Origin: Eledone cirrhosa
Taxonomy: Eukaryota
Direction: 5' to 3'
DNA length: 64,000 bases
NCBI GenBank assembly: GCA_964016885.1
Contig: OZ024741.1
Span: 168,020,001 to 168,084,000 of the forward strand
Shown: piece after piece, positions 1-13,589 of the stretch
How positions within the stretch are numbered: the first letter of the stretch is position 1
Layout of the letters: each line of letters starts with the position of its first letter
Notes under the pieces: model-generated
What the model was told of the DNA's origin: nothing
Database searches by the model: none
What the model saw: only the letters and a program-made list of their open reading frames with translations
Made by a program: the position numbers and the translations under genes

Positions 1-893
1 GCAAAAAATATAGATTAATAAATAATAATTAATAGTTTAATAATACATAGACTATCACAAAACTTAAACTATATATATTAGAATTGAAGTAAATTAAGTA
101 TTGAAGTAAATATAAATATAACCCTACATTAAGTGAAATAAAGTTTGTGGAGAGTAAATATAAAGATAGTTAGATTTTAAAAAATAAATGAAAATTAAAA
201 AATAACGAAGTTTCACATAAAGTAGAATTTTGAATTAATTTAGATGATAAATGAACAAAATATATTATATATTGATGTGGATATATGCCTTTTTAATATA
301 TTTTAATACATATTTAATAGTTATTTAATAAGCATTAAAGATAAATTGTTTAATTGTTACATTATAATGCTAAATAGAATATCATTATAATGCTAAATAG
401 AATATCTTACATTGTCATAATCTAAAATGAGTTAAATTAAATTAAATTAAATTAAATTAATTTAAGGATATAAATTTGTAATGAACTTAAATATTCGATT
501 GCCGTAGAAATTAGTCTATGCCTAATAATCTAGATATATCATAAACTTATAATTAACTGAAGCGTAATCCAATACAAGTGGTATTCACTGAAAATAATAT
601 GAAACATTTTCTAATTTTTGAATTTTTGTTTAGCATTTAAAAATAATCGGTTTTGTATTCTCTCCTTTACTTTATCTTTTCCTTTCCTTCTTTTCTTTAT
701 TTCCCTTCTTTTCTCTCCGCATCTTCCCTTTCAACTCCCCTTCTATATTTCTTCGTTGCTTTACGTCCTCTTCTTCTCTACGTTTATCATATTATTTGTG
801 GTATATAAATGTTGAGTGTTGGTGAAATAACTTACTACCACTACACGAATTGATGATTTAAGTACCATAGCAGTATGTCGCATATCCAATCTC

Positions 894-1538
<645 letters not shown>

Positions 1539-2141
1539 ATAATAAACAATACAATATAATTACCTCATTACCAGAGGTTTCCCGAATAAGACGAATACAA
1601 GAAACGTCCTCACTCGTTCGTCGGACAAGGCAATTTAAATTTAAAACAGTGAAATATTTGAAAAATCTCCTCAAGAAAGGCAAAAGTTTAACGGGCAAAT
1701 AAAATATATAAGAAAAAGTAATGCAAGAGATATATAAAAATAAAATAAGGAAATATAGTTAGGGTATGTGTATAAATGTGTGTATATTCACTCACAAATG
1801 TACATATGTGTGTATGTACAAATGCATGTGTATAGTGAAAAAATGTGTGCGTAAGTACATATTGAGGGCAAGCATACCAGTGTATGTGTGACCACAAATA
1901 CGTATATAATATATGTTGAAAAAGAAATTGTAAGATAATAGAGTTAACGTACATCCAGACTCAGGTATTAAGGATTGAAATATATACACATACAAGTATG
2001 AAAGGACGCGTATAAACACACACACACGCGCAACCACATACATGCGAGTGATATATACAGGGAAGGGAGTGTATCAGTCAAAGCAGTGGCAGTCTGAAGG
2101 TCGATACGTATATAAAAAAGAAAAAACACTCACACACACAC

Positions 2142-2348
2142 AAAGTAGATGTGTAGGAAACAGGGCAAAAAGCACCCAGTCCACACTGTAAATGTGGTTG
2201 GTGTTAGGAAGGGCATCAAGCTGTAGAAACCAAACCAAAGCAATTCTGAGTGAGTGAACCATGGTCAACTGACCTGATCCCTCACAAAGGGACAGCCCAT
2301 CCTACCCATGCAAGTCTGGAAGATGGATGTTAAACGATGATGATGATG

Positions 2349-2350
<2 letters not shown>
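2142..2350 (+). mobile_element. RTE-type 3' UTR / SINE tail fragment
   Basis: CCACACTGTAAATGTGGTTGGTGTTAGGAAGGGCATC motif and GATGTTAAACGATGATG tail, as in the RTE 3' UTR at ~36160-36330. Confidence 0.75.
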
Positions 2351-2405
<55 letters not shown>

Positions 2406-2408
<3 letters not shown>

Positions 2409-3287
2409 GGTGTGGACGATATTTGTTCGCAATTTTCAACTGCTAATTTTATGCAAATTTTTTTTACTTCCGTTGTCAGGCTTGTCTTCATAAAAAACAG
2501 TGACTATATTTCCATTATTTATTTTCAGAATAATTGATTATGAATAATTTTGAACCTCCAAATTTGTGGAAGAGACACGGAGTTCTTCTTGGAATCCGCG
2601 CCGGGAAGACAAATAAGGACCAGAAGATCAACTCCCAGAACAACAGGTGGCTCGCTGTCTCATCCAAAGACGCGCCCAGAGTGATGCAGACAAAGTTTCC
2701 AGCGACAAGATTGGTCTTAGGTGTTGTCAGCAGTCAAGGTGACGTCATGCCACCTCACTTCTTCCCTGAGGGCCTCAAGCTGAACACCGATGGCTACATC
2801 CGCGTTCTGAGCGAGGTAGTAAAGCCCTGGATCGACCAGGTAGCTGCAGGTAGGCCATACGCGTGGCAGAAAGACTCAGCGTTCTGCCATACCAGCCGAA
2901 AGACCCAAGCCTGGCTGTCAGAGAACTTCATCGACCATACTTCACCTGAGATCTGGCCTCCCAGCTCGCCTGACTGCAACCCCCTCGACCTCTTTGTGTG
3001 GGGCGCAGTGGAACGAGACACCAACAGATCTAGCTGCAATACGAAAGACGATCTGAAGGCCAGGATCACAAGTGCCTTTAGGGGCTTAAGTTGGGGGACA
3101 GTGACGAAGGCCTGTAGCCGGTTCTGAGGCCGTCATCAAAGCCAATGGCGGGTTTCTCGAGTGAGATCGAAATAACAAGTCATGAAGACAAACTGACCCA
3201 AGTTTGATAAATATATCTTAAAAAATAAAACTACTGAGTTATTTTTCCTAGACAGTAATCTTGCGAACAAATATCCTCTGCACCCTG
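2406..3287 (+). mobile_element. Internally deleted Tc1/mariner transposon, maT (DD37D) family
   Basis: 27-bp TIRs (CAGGGTGTGGACGATATTTGTTCGCAA; right TIR reverse-complements to CAGGGTGCAGAGGATATTTGTTCGCAA) and TA flanks. Transposase remnant WQKDSAFCH...WPPSSPDCNPLD has 37 residues between the two Asp. Confidence 0.92.
2534..3127 (+). pseudogene. Truncated maT transposase
   Basis: 197-aa ORF. The N-terminus is joined directly to DQKINSQNNRW, so most of the HTH region and the first catalytic Asp are missing. Confidence 0.85.
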
Positions 3288-3299
3288 TATATATATGTA

Positions 3300-3358
<59 letters not shown>

Positions 3359-3559
3359 TAGATATATACATATTATATATATATATATATAATTCAAATT
3401 TAAAAGATATATTTAGAGAGAGAGAAAGAGTCATATATCATTGGAAAAAAAACATATAGTACACATATATAATAGAAATAATATTCAGGAAAAATACATA
3501 GTTAAGGTGGAAAAAGCTAAATTTCCTGACAGTATTGTTTCGTTGTCCAAGAGACACCA

Positions 3560-4372
3560 GCTAAATGAAAATCGAAGACTAGGCTACAAGCAGGCATAAA
3601 GGATCAAAGCAGAGACAGAAAAGGCACAATTGGAACAATCTCTCTTGTCTCCCTTTTTGAAAATTGTGATTATCACTTCCAATTGTTATTGCTTAGGTGC
3701 CTTTTCAGAGATCCAATGCCACCCGGCACACACAGGTCAGCCCGAGAATACATTCTCTATTTAAGGCTTTTAACATCTTAGGCTGGATTTCATCTTCCCT
3801 AGGGGCCTTGCCACATTTGACCTAAGCCTCTGAGAGATTAGTCACTGCTCTCAGATGTACCTTGAATACATCAGAAGATTCTGTTGTGATACGGTTTAGG
3901 AGATCAGTAAAGTATTCTCTCTACTTCACTAGGATGCACCTCTCTGAAGAGAGGAGAACCTCAGACCAAAATTGGTGGATGGTCTGCCAGAACACTTTAT
4001 TTACTGATCTGAAGTTCAATTCCAGCTTAACCTCAAAGTCTTCCCATGTCTTAACTTTAGATGCCTTTACTGTCTTCATGTTTTCTTGTATTGCAAGTGC
4101 AAGTAGGAGGACTTATTTTCAAACCAAGCTTTTTAGGCCTCCTTCTTTGCTTGGATGGCATTTTTTACATCTTGATTGAACCAAAGGGTCTTCCTGCTAT
4201 CCAGTGCCTTACCAAGACTCTTTTAGTCACTGCATTTAATATCTGCAGTAGTAACTGCTGAGCTGAACAATCTTCACTCTGTCTCAATGTTCTCAGTTTG
4301 CTCAGGGAGTTCTCTGAATTTGGATGCAACAGCATCTGCATACCTGATCCTGGCTTCCTTATCCACCGACGC
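3560..4372 (-). mobile_element. Degenerate RTE-clade LINE fragment (Expander-like, linker to RT start)
   Basis: Minus-strand translation with stops: WFNQDVKNAIQAKKEA, NKVFWQTI, EYFTDLLN, GKAPREDEIQPKMLKAL, IFKKGDKRDCSN. Confidence 0.8.
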
Positions 4373-4924
4373 AAAAATTATACACATATGTATATATATA
4401 TACACACACATATATATTATGATTTTTAATATTATTATTAGTTTTAGTATCTCTTAGTTTTATCATATTAAAACTATTTATATCATTTTCCATATATGGT
4501 AACTGAAAAATATTCAGCTATTCTCAAAAGAAAATTAATCTCCTGATTTTTTCATAGCTGGAATTTTATTTTTTTTCATAGCAAGAATTTGTTCTTGCTG
4601 CTTCTCTTAATGATGTACTTCTGTCTCCATACATTTTGCTGCCTCTCAAGAGAATATCTTCCCAAGCCAGTGTTATATCTTTATTTTCTAAAGGCAATAT
4701 ATTGTTGTATTTAAAAAAAAAATTTCCTTATGTGTCAACAGATTGATATTTCCCAGTTTCAGATGATTCCACTTAGGGTGAAAGCAGAAATTGTTTGCTA
4801 AAACGTTTAACCTCTGCTAATAATAAATATTTGCTCAATGGGTTTATATATGCTTATATATACATGCAATCCTTAACGAGTTCTCTCTGGATTTTGGTTT
4901 TTGTATTTATCATTACTACTGTAA

Positions 4925-5185
4925 TACTGTCTGGGATTGGACCAGTAAACTGGGTAAAAATGTGAGCCTCAGCATAGCTTACAAAAAGAATAGGCATAGT
5001 TAGGCCAATCCTAGTACCCATGGTAAAATTCACCATAGGATAAGCAATTAAGAGTGAATACAAGCTCAACAATGCAGGGAAGAGATGTGCTGGGCTCAAG
5101 TGTAGTTCATTAATTGATATGGATAATTCAGAGCACAGAGACCATCTCAATGAAGGATAATCTTGTACAGAGAGTTAATGTCTTT
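4925..5185 (-). mobile_element. Penelope-like RT fragment
   Basis: FTMGTRIGL...LFVSYAEAHIFTQFTGPIP resembles the PLE RT motif and the copy at ~50270-50450. Confidence 0.65.
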
Positions 5186-5339
5186 TCTTTGTTACTGCCA
5201 AGTTTGGTAGTGCTGGTCACATGATAAAATGGCCACAGTATACTCTGTAAAGTGATTGATTCATTTAACCTGCAAAATCTCAGAACATGATAACCCATCT
5301 AACATATGTCAGCATGGAAAACAGATGTAAAAGGGTGAC

Positions 5340-7080
5340 GAAAAAATAGAAAGCTACAAACAAACTAAAAGAATGGGGAATCTCATAGCATTACTACAAA
5401 AAATCGCAATAGCCTAACCACAAAAGAATTTGAATAAATAAGCCATTTCAAATGTAATACAAGTGCTTTCTACAGCTTATTGAAAATCCACCAAATGTAA
5501 ACTCATAAACGATGCAAGTGACACTTCGACTAACAAATACATATTAACACTACCAGAAGACTTAAAAATCAGATCAATTATAACAGACCCTGTGTGTGAA
5601 ACCCACAGACTTAGCAACTTCCTGGACATCCTACTAAAGCCCTTACTAAAACATATACAGAGCTACATACGGGATGACCTTGATATGCTGAACCACCTAC
5701 GCAAAACAATAAGTGGAGCCACTATTCTTGTCTCCTTTGACGTAGTAAACCATTACACTAACAAACCCCACAACTATGGAATAACGGCAATCCAGTACTG
5801 GCTAGACATACACCATTCTGAAATACCAACACACATCAACAAAAACTTTATATTGATGGATTCCGATATATCTTACAGAATAATTTGTTTACTTTCAATG
5901 ATTCAACATTCCAACAAATGTCAGGCACAAAGGTAGCCCCCACATATGCCAACTTAGTCATGGGATTCCACAAACAACAAATCTACAACTAATTCCTTCT
6001 ATTATTCGGAGACTCTTTCTTTACACATCTCAAAATTATTGGAAGAGATACCTAAATGATTGCTTTATACTATGGCAGGAAGACATGAATACACTCATTC
6101 TTTCAAAAATATGACATACAACATTAACAATAACATACAATTCACAATGGAATCCAACTCCAAGGCATTAGACTTCTTGGATATCCTTATTTTAAAAACA
6201 GATGGGAAAATAGAAACAGACATCTTTTATAAACTCACGGACTCCAAACAGTACCTCCACTTCACATCAAATCACCCAAAACATACAAAACATAACATTC
6301 ATTTTAATTTAGCCAAACGAATATGCACCATAGTATCAAACCCAGCTAAATGGGAACAAAGACTAAATGAACTAAAAAACACACTTACCATAAGAGCCTT
6401 CCCACTTGACATAATTTATAATGGAATATACAGAGCAAAACATGCAAATTTTCATCAACCGAACAACCCAAAGCACAGAACCCCAAACAATACCTTACCA
6501 TATGTATCCACGTTCAACCCCCAGAAACACCGAAATGTTCGACCACCTACACAAAAACTTCCCCATTCTATTTAAAGATGAAAACATTTTTTTAAATTCT
6601 AGAAACACACAAGTTCGTTAAAAGTAAAAGGCAACCCAAATCGCTAAAACACATTCTCACTGGAACAAATATACACAAACCAAATTCCAACCTTACGGTG
6701 ACAAAATGCGGAAGAACAAACTGTGGCACATGCCTATACTTAATTGAAGGACAAAAATTCACATTTAAAGATGGCCAAACTTTGACAGTGAAAAACAACT
6801 TCACTTGCAACTCAGAGAATCTGATCTACGTAATCACATGTGGTGGCTGTCGACATAACTACATAGGACAGATGGGTGTGTCATTATGCAAAAGAATAAC
6901 CATCCATCACCAACAAATCTGAGACTTAAACACAAGAAAAATCCCCTTAAGTAGTCACATTGCAGATTGCACAGGAATGACCCTACCCAACTTTAAAATC
7001 TTTCCCCTTTACAACTCAACTACAAATAATAAATAAATAAAAACTATTTATTAACAAATTTAAACCCAAAAAATTAAATA
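5340..7080 (+). mobile_element. Degenerate Penelope-like element, Neptune-type (RT + Cys linker + GIY-YIG)
   Basis: SYIRDDLDML, LVSFDVVNHYT, LDFLDILI, TDIFYKLTDSKQYLHFTSNHP, linker KCGRTNCGTC, endonuclease LIYVITCGGCRHNYIGQ. Multiple frameshifts. Confidence 0.9.
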
Positions 7081-7989
7081 TGTAATCACCCCATTAGACC
7101 CCCCCCCCCCCCCCCACACACACACACCACGAAATAAGAAAAATATTGCTGATACACATATTTTCCAAATATTCCCGATTGAAAGCCATCACTGATGCTT
7201 TGCTCTGTTTTTTTTTTTTTATTTCCCACCACAAATGGACCTGTGACAGACAGGCTGAAGCACACACACACACACACACACACACACCACACATTCCCCA
7301 CACACACACACGTGCGCACATGTATGTATTTTTATAAATACACTCTCACACATGCACACTCACACTCTCTAAAACCATATTTCAAAAATAGAATTCCTTT
7401 TACAACCCTACCTTTGCCAACCCCATAGAATTTGTCTCTAGCTTAGAATTCCCCTCTTCACCACCCCCATCTGAACTCTTTACCAGTCCATTAACACAAT
7501 TGAGATACACACACATATTTACAGAATATCTCCTCCCTAAAAACAATTTTGTCCTGCGTGAAAAAACACAACTACCACCATGCTGTTGTTACTACCATGA
7601 CTACACCTCTCTATATATACACAAGAGTTCATTTTTTCAGTCTCCTTCTCAACAAGGAAAATGAAAATAACTTGCCTCAACACTAAATTTTAAATCTTTA
7701 ATTTTTAGTTTTTAATTCTTATTAATTCTATTTAATTGTAATACTCAACATTTGATAAGATGAATTTCACTAATACATTGAAAACGGTAATACTTTATAT
7801 AATTTATATACATTATAAAACTCGTTTTAAAAGAATTGTCCCCCTTATTTTTTGAGTAATGTCACTTTGACGAATCAAAGAAAGGAAAAAAAAAAGAAAA
7901 ACAGACCCTTAAATATATTTTCCGTGCTGTTTCCAACCTTTTCTCTTTAACCACTGTTTTGTATAGAACCTTACCTCCCTTTTCTAAAG

Positions 7990-8298
7990 TATTGGCCTTG
8001 CAATCGAAAGGTTGTGAGTTCAATTCTCAGACCGGGTAATGTATTGTTTCCTTGAGCAAGACACTTTATTTCACATTGCTCCAGTTTACTCAGCTGTAGA
8101 AATGAGATGATAGGGACTGTGGTCTCTATCATTCCACTGCAAAGTGGACGTGTAGGTGCCACGGAAAAAAAAGCACCCAGCACTCACTGTAAATGAGGTT
8201 GGCGTTAAGAAGGGCATCCAGCTGTAGAAATCAAGCCAGAATCAGTTCCCGTCCCACCCTTGGAAGCAGGAAAAAAGCGGACGTAAAATGATGATGAT
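7990..8298 (+). mobile_element. CORE-type tRNA-derived SINE with RTE-like tail (5' truncated)
   Basis: B box GAGTTCAATTC, CORE-like TCCTTGAGCAAGACACTTT...CTCAGCTGTAGAAATGAG, tail ending GGACGTAAAATGATGATGA. Confidence 0.85.
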
Positions 8299-9074
8299 AT
8301 ATCCTTCCATAGAGACATTTTACCTGGGGAGGTTTTAAGCTATTATTTATAGCAACTGACTGTTTTTACAGTTACTTTCTGCATCTGAGTTTCCTACATT
8401 TTCTATGAATATATATATATATTTATATAGGATAGTACTTGATGCATAATGAGAAGTGGAGAGGGTATTGTGAAGAGGTAAAATCCCAATGGCGAACCTA
8501 TTCCTTTGAAAATGCTTGTGGAAATTAGGATGAAACAGCTGAACTCACCATTGGGATTGTGTGTGTGTGTGTATGTATATATAATATCTATGAGCACATT
8601 AATATATACACGCATGCACACACACATATATGTATATCATATTGTATATGATATACATATATGTAAATATGGGAGTATGGTTTTATTTAACTGTATATAC
8701 AATTTTCATTATCAATAGTCATTCATATGAATATGAATTGGTTGGCAGCAGAAGATGCTTGCAAAACAGTGTTCAATCTTCCTATTATTAAAATTCATAG
8801 AAAGCTGAAGATGGTTGCATCACATACTGGGAAAAACTATGAAGCATTTCAGAAAATTTAACATTTCAAGTAATCACTTTGTAAATGGTTGCAGCAGGAG
8901 GGCTATTCATTTGTGTACATTGATTGAAAAACCTATAGGTCCTCTTTCAGTGTGTAAATATCACTTCCATATACCCAACAATACAGTGCACAGTGCTATA
9001 TTGTTGTCTATTATGACAACTTAAGGACCCATGTGTGTCTATGTAGTGTTTTGGTTTCTTGTTTATATGTATGT

Positions 9075-9391
9075 ATGTATATGTTCTTCTGGTTTTATAA
9101 TTTCACAAATTTTTGCTAATAGAGAGAGAGTCGGTTTCTAATATAGACATAGACACAAGACTCTCTCATTGGAATTTACACATCAACTAGGTAGATATGT
9201 ATGCATGTCTTTATGCATGCATGTGTAGATATGGATGTTATTGTATGTGTGGATGTGGATGTTTTGAGTTGTATATGTGCATGTGCATATGCTATGTATC
9301 TGTACATGTGTATATGCAGTTAATAGATGCAACATTTTTGGAATGTTTTACATATTTTTACTGTTACATTAATGGATTGTACTTGTAATTT
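9075..9391 (-). mobile_element. 3' end of the R4/Dong-like element seen at 62903-64000
   Basis: Reverse complement aligns with ~63693-64000 (GTAAAACATTCCAAAAA, ATAAAACCAGAAGAACATA). Flanked by (GTAT)n on both sides. Confidence 0.8.
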
Positions 9392-9469
9392 GTATGTATG
9401 TATGTATGTATGTATGTATGTGTGTGTGAGTGTATCATACATATGTGTACATATGTATGATATATGTAG

Positions 9470-10210
9470 AAAATGCAAGACACCTGGTGATCAAATTTTG
9501 CAGCAGATATGCAGGCCGCTGCTGATTCAAATAAGCTTAAGGAAGTATACAACCTAATAGGCCCATACAGCAAGAATCACACCTCTGAGCACAAACAATA
9601 GCATGGGTATACATACAACTATGCTCAAAATCACCAGTTGATGGAAAGAACACTTTTCAGAATTCCTGAATAGAGACTGCCATGTGACTGCTGCAGTTTT
9701 AGATACAGATCAGCAGCCCAAAGTCTAAGCATTGGATGTGCCAACCTCCCTGGAAGAGGTACATAACTCCATTGCTAAGCTAAATCTTGGAAAAGTAGCC
9801 GGTCAAGATGGACTCTTCACTGAGATCTTTCAGTTTGGAGGAGACTTCTTGACCAATGTCATCCATAGCTTTATTTTGGACATCTGATGGCTGGAGAAGT
9901 CCCAAAGGAGTGGAGATGATGCTATTATGATTCCTCTGTACAAGAGCAAATGTGCCTCTGAACTTAGTGGAAACTATAGAGGAATGTACAGTTGGAAGGA
10001 ACTTGTCTGGTGTAATCCTGTCCAGACTGAATGCCTATATTTCTGTCAGGGTTCTCCCAGAGTCACAATGTGGCTTTAGAACAAACAAAATAACTACAGA
10101 CATGATATTTACAGCCTGCCAATCTAAGAAAAGGGTGTAGAATAGGTCTAGTGTTTATATCAGGTCTTTGTTGATCTCACAAAGGCCCTTGATATGGTCA
10201 ACAGAAAAGT
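9470..10210 (+). mobile_element. Degenerate RTE (BovB-like) RT fragment
   Basis: ADMQAAADSN, GKVAGQDGLFTEIFQFGG, VLPESQCGFRTNKITTDMIFTA, FVDLTKA. Confidence 0.85.
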
Positions 10211-10211
10211 A

Positions 10212-10455
10212 CAAGTGAGATGAATCTCTGTTAATGTATCTTAGTTTCTCATTAGGTTTGTGGTAAGGTTTATGGGCATCTGTGGCTAAATCTAAGTTAA
10301 AATCTAAGAAATTAGCATTGGTAAGATTGGTGTCTACAGTAATTTTTATTCCTAAGTTACTAAATATCTCTATTAGGTCCTTATGGAATATATCTTGGGA
10401 ATAACCATTGTGATTATGCAAGACTATCAAGCCATCAATGTGGTATTTAGAGATT
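10212..10455 (-). mobile_element. Penelope-like RT fragment (second lineage)
   Basis: YHIDGL (degenerate YRDDGL), NFLDFNLDL, PYHKPNEKLRYINRDSSH. Confidence 0.8.
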
Positions 10456-10825
10456 GCCTGCACTTAAAATTACATCTTCTATCTGCATGGAAAAATACAG
10501 GCCCAGAAATCCAACATTATCGCTCAACCAATATGTATCCAACATAATCCATTATATCGGCCTCTCATTCCACCCCTACAGATCCCCCACACCTAAAGAG
10601 GTCTTGACTTCAACATGACCAACCATAAATAATATATACATAAAGTACACACAATACACATATATGAACACACACACAATACATGCAAAAACTTAGTATC
10701 ATAGAACAAGTGTTGGTTTCAGATGGTTTCATATCACAAGGGTTAAATTTGAGGAAAAGAAATGGAAAACATCTTTTCCAAGAATGCACAGAGCACAGAG
10801 ATTAATAAGGGCTACAGGCTTTTGA

Positions 10826-10877
10826 GTGAAATTTGGTGAAATTTGGTGAAATTTGGTGAAATTTGGTGAAATTTGGT
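10826..10877. repeat. 10-bp tandem repeat (GTGAAATTTG)n, about 5 copies
   Basis: Seen directly. Confidence 0.95.
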
Positions 10878-11158
10878 AGGCATAAATTGTAAACTAAAAT
10901 TAAGATAAAAAATGTGAAATCATATTTCACATGAGTACATGTTTTCATAAACTGTTACTGAGCTTTATAACACTCACTTCAAATGACATAATTACAATTA
11001 TGTATTGATAACAATTGCTTACAAATTTAATTTGATATATCAGTAATATTTGTTAAATGGGGATCGACATAACTGAACAACATGTGCCTCAAAAAGAATA
11101 AACTGATAAAATATATTAATAAGGGGATTACATAAATTCTGTCATGTTTTCATAACAA

Positions 11159-11357
11159 GGGCAGTGGATTGACAGTATTGATAGAGCCTCAGACACCATG
11201 CTTTGCAGCATAGAGTTATGGCCCTTTACGTTCTGAGTTCAAATCTCGCCAAGGTTAACTTTGCCTTTCATCCTTATGGCGTGTCAATAAATTAAAGCAG
11301 AAATAATGCACTGGGGTAATTGCTGGCCTTGTGCCAGAAGTAGAAACAATTATTATT
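11159..11357 (+). mobile_element. tRNA-derived SINE, Meta-domain-like, short-tail subfamily A
   Basis: B box GAGTTCAAATC, body ACTTTGCCTTTCATCCTT, tail GGCCTTGTGCCAGAAGTAGAAACAATT. Confidence 0.85.
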
Positions 11358-11361
11358 GCAA

Positions 11362-11576
11362 GGATTGGCAGTATCAGTAGAGCATCAGACACCATGCTTT
11401 GCAGCATAGAGTTATGGCCCTTTACGTTCTGAGTTCAAATCCCGTCGAGGTTAGCTTTGCCTTTCATCCTTATGGAATCGATAAAATAAAGCGCCAGTCA
11501 CGCACTGGGACCGATTCAATCGACTTTTCCCTCCCCAAAAATTACTGGCCTTGTGCCTAAATCAGAAACCATTATT
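11362..11576 (+). mobile_element. tRNA-derived SINE, Meta-domain-like, long-tail subfamily B
   Basis: Same head and body as A, plus an extra CGATTCAATCGACTTTTCCCTCCCCAAAA segment and tail AGAAACCATT. Confidence 0.85.
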
Positions 11577-11914
11577 CTGAAGCTTCACTATTCTTAAAAT
11601 TTATAATTCCTCCCACTTGAGTGAGAAACTGAATATTGTAGTGAAATATATGAGCTTGCAAAATCAGAAGGCAAATGGTAAGAGGTGTCGTTGACCATCC
11701 AAAAAATGTTTACCTGAGAAGCAATTATTTTCATTTCATTACTAAGATAGTAACTTTGAAATCAGGGCTCTAGATAATAGTAGATGAATCACTACCTCCA
11801 TATGGACAACTGACACTGCACATGACGTCCGAACACATAAGAACAGGGATAACATGGGACAAGTTCTAAAATAAAATTATGTATTCTAGGGTTATATTAT
11901 ACACAAAGATGCAG

Positions 11915-12025
11915 ATAACAAGGGCAGTGGATTGACAGTATTGATAGAGCCTCAGACACCATGCTTTACAGCATAGAGTTATGACCCTTTACGTTCTGAG
12001 TTCAAATCTCGCCAAAGTTAACTTT
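11915..12025 (+). repeat. Partial local duplicate of the SINE at 11159 including its 5' flank
   Basis: Shares ATAACAA flank and private variants (GATTGACAGTATTGATAGAGCCTC, AAATCTCGCCAA). Confidence 0.85.
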
Positions 12026-12356
12026 ATTCCCATTTTGTTTTAGCTTTATTAACTGGGGTTGTATTATACACAAAGAAACACAGAAGCTTAGACATTTGTA
12101 CATTACATTTCCTTTAAGTCTTTTGACAAAATAAGATATCTTCAGTGATATTCACATTTACCGCATATATACATTAACTAGCAGATGTTAAATGATACTG
12201 ATGTTGTTGTCGATGATGACTTTAGCAATCTCTTCTTTCTCTGTCATAGTGTTCTCTTAATTGTTTTATTCTGGATTAAATGTGTCAAATGTTAAAACTA
12301 TTTAAATCAATACAAGGAATTAACTACACCATGTCGGCATTCACTGAAGACATACT

Positions 12357-12408
12357 TATTATCATCATCCTCACTATTATTATTATTGTTATTGTTATAA
12401 TTATTAGC

Positions 12409-12440
<32 letters not shown>

Positions 12441-12520
12441 GGGCGAGGATGGTCATAGTGGTGATGGCATTGGTAATGGCAGTGGTCTTAGTGGTGGTAG
12501 TGCTAGAACTTTCAATGGTT

Positions 12521-12563
<43 letters not shown>

Positions 12564-12564
12564 C

Positions 12565-12599
<35 letters not shown>

Positions 12600-12624
12600 C
12601 AGTAGCAGTAGCAGTAGTAGTAAC

Positions 12625-12665
<41 letters not shown>

Positions 12666-12753
12666 CAGCAGCAGCAGTAGCAGTAGTAGTAGTAGCAGTA
12701 GTAGTAGTAGTAGCAGTAGTAGTAGTAGTAGCAGTAGTAGTAGTAGTAGCAGT
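12357..12753. repeat. (ATT)n then (AGT/AGC)n microsatellite block
   Basis: Seen directly. Explains the poly-S, poly-T and poly-V ORFs. Confidence 0.97.
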
Positions 12754-13164
12754 AAAATTAATATGAGTTAGAAAAAAAAACAACTACTATAAAATAAATT
12801 AAAGATAACAACATGGAAACAAATCAATGAAAATAAATGGGAAACAGCACGAGAGGGGAGGATGAGGGGGGGGGGGGGGGTGATGAAGGTGAGGATGATG
12901 AAGACAAGAGCAACAAGATACTATATAACAGAAGAAAACATTGTATTCATTTGTTTTCACTTAATTGGCAGTCGTTGGCATGGGTGGATTAAATATTTCA
13001 TATCTGCTGCAATCATTGAGAAGGGGAGACCACTATATTTCCTTTCTCTGTTGCTCTTTTGTCATGTCTTCTATTTTAGAATCATTTTTTCACATGTCAA
13101 ATTTATGGAAATGTAATATTTCATTGTTCTTCTCTGTCTTAATTGTTGCAAATTCAGAAGACAT

Positions 13165-13415
13165 ATTTTTGTTGTTGTTGTCTTTATCAGTGTCATTGTT
13201 GCTGTTATTGGTGTTGTTGCTGTTGTTTTTTCTTGTTATTGTCGTTGTTATTGTTATTGTTTTTACTGTTGTTATCATTGTTGTTGTTGCTTTGTTGTTG
13301 TCATTGTTGCTGTTGTTGATGTTGTTTTTTCTTATTATTGTTATTGTTGTTATTGTCGTTGCTGTTGTTATCATTGTTGTTGTTGATGTTGTTTTTCTTT
13401 TTGTTGCTGTCGTTT
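13165..13415. repeat. Degenerate (GTT)n low-complexity tract
   Basis: Seen directly. Confidence 0.9.
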
Positions 13416-13589
13416 CATGAATTTCAATGATCAAGAGGGATGGAATAAATGGAAAAAAATAGTACAAAACAATGAACTACTATTTGGCAAGCAAGCAATA
13501 ATTCTTTTATCATTTTCACTAGACTGTAGACAAGCTGGAGCACTGCCTTGAATGATTTAATGAAATTTATGATAAATGTGTTGATCCTC

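Noticed and set aside
361-460. 23-bp tandem duplication and (TTAAA)n
   Set aside because: Ordinary slippage products in AT-rich DNA.
12280-12783. Poly-Ser, poly-Thr and poly-Val ORFs
   Set aside because: Read-through of the (AGT)n microsatellite.
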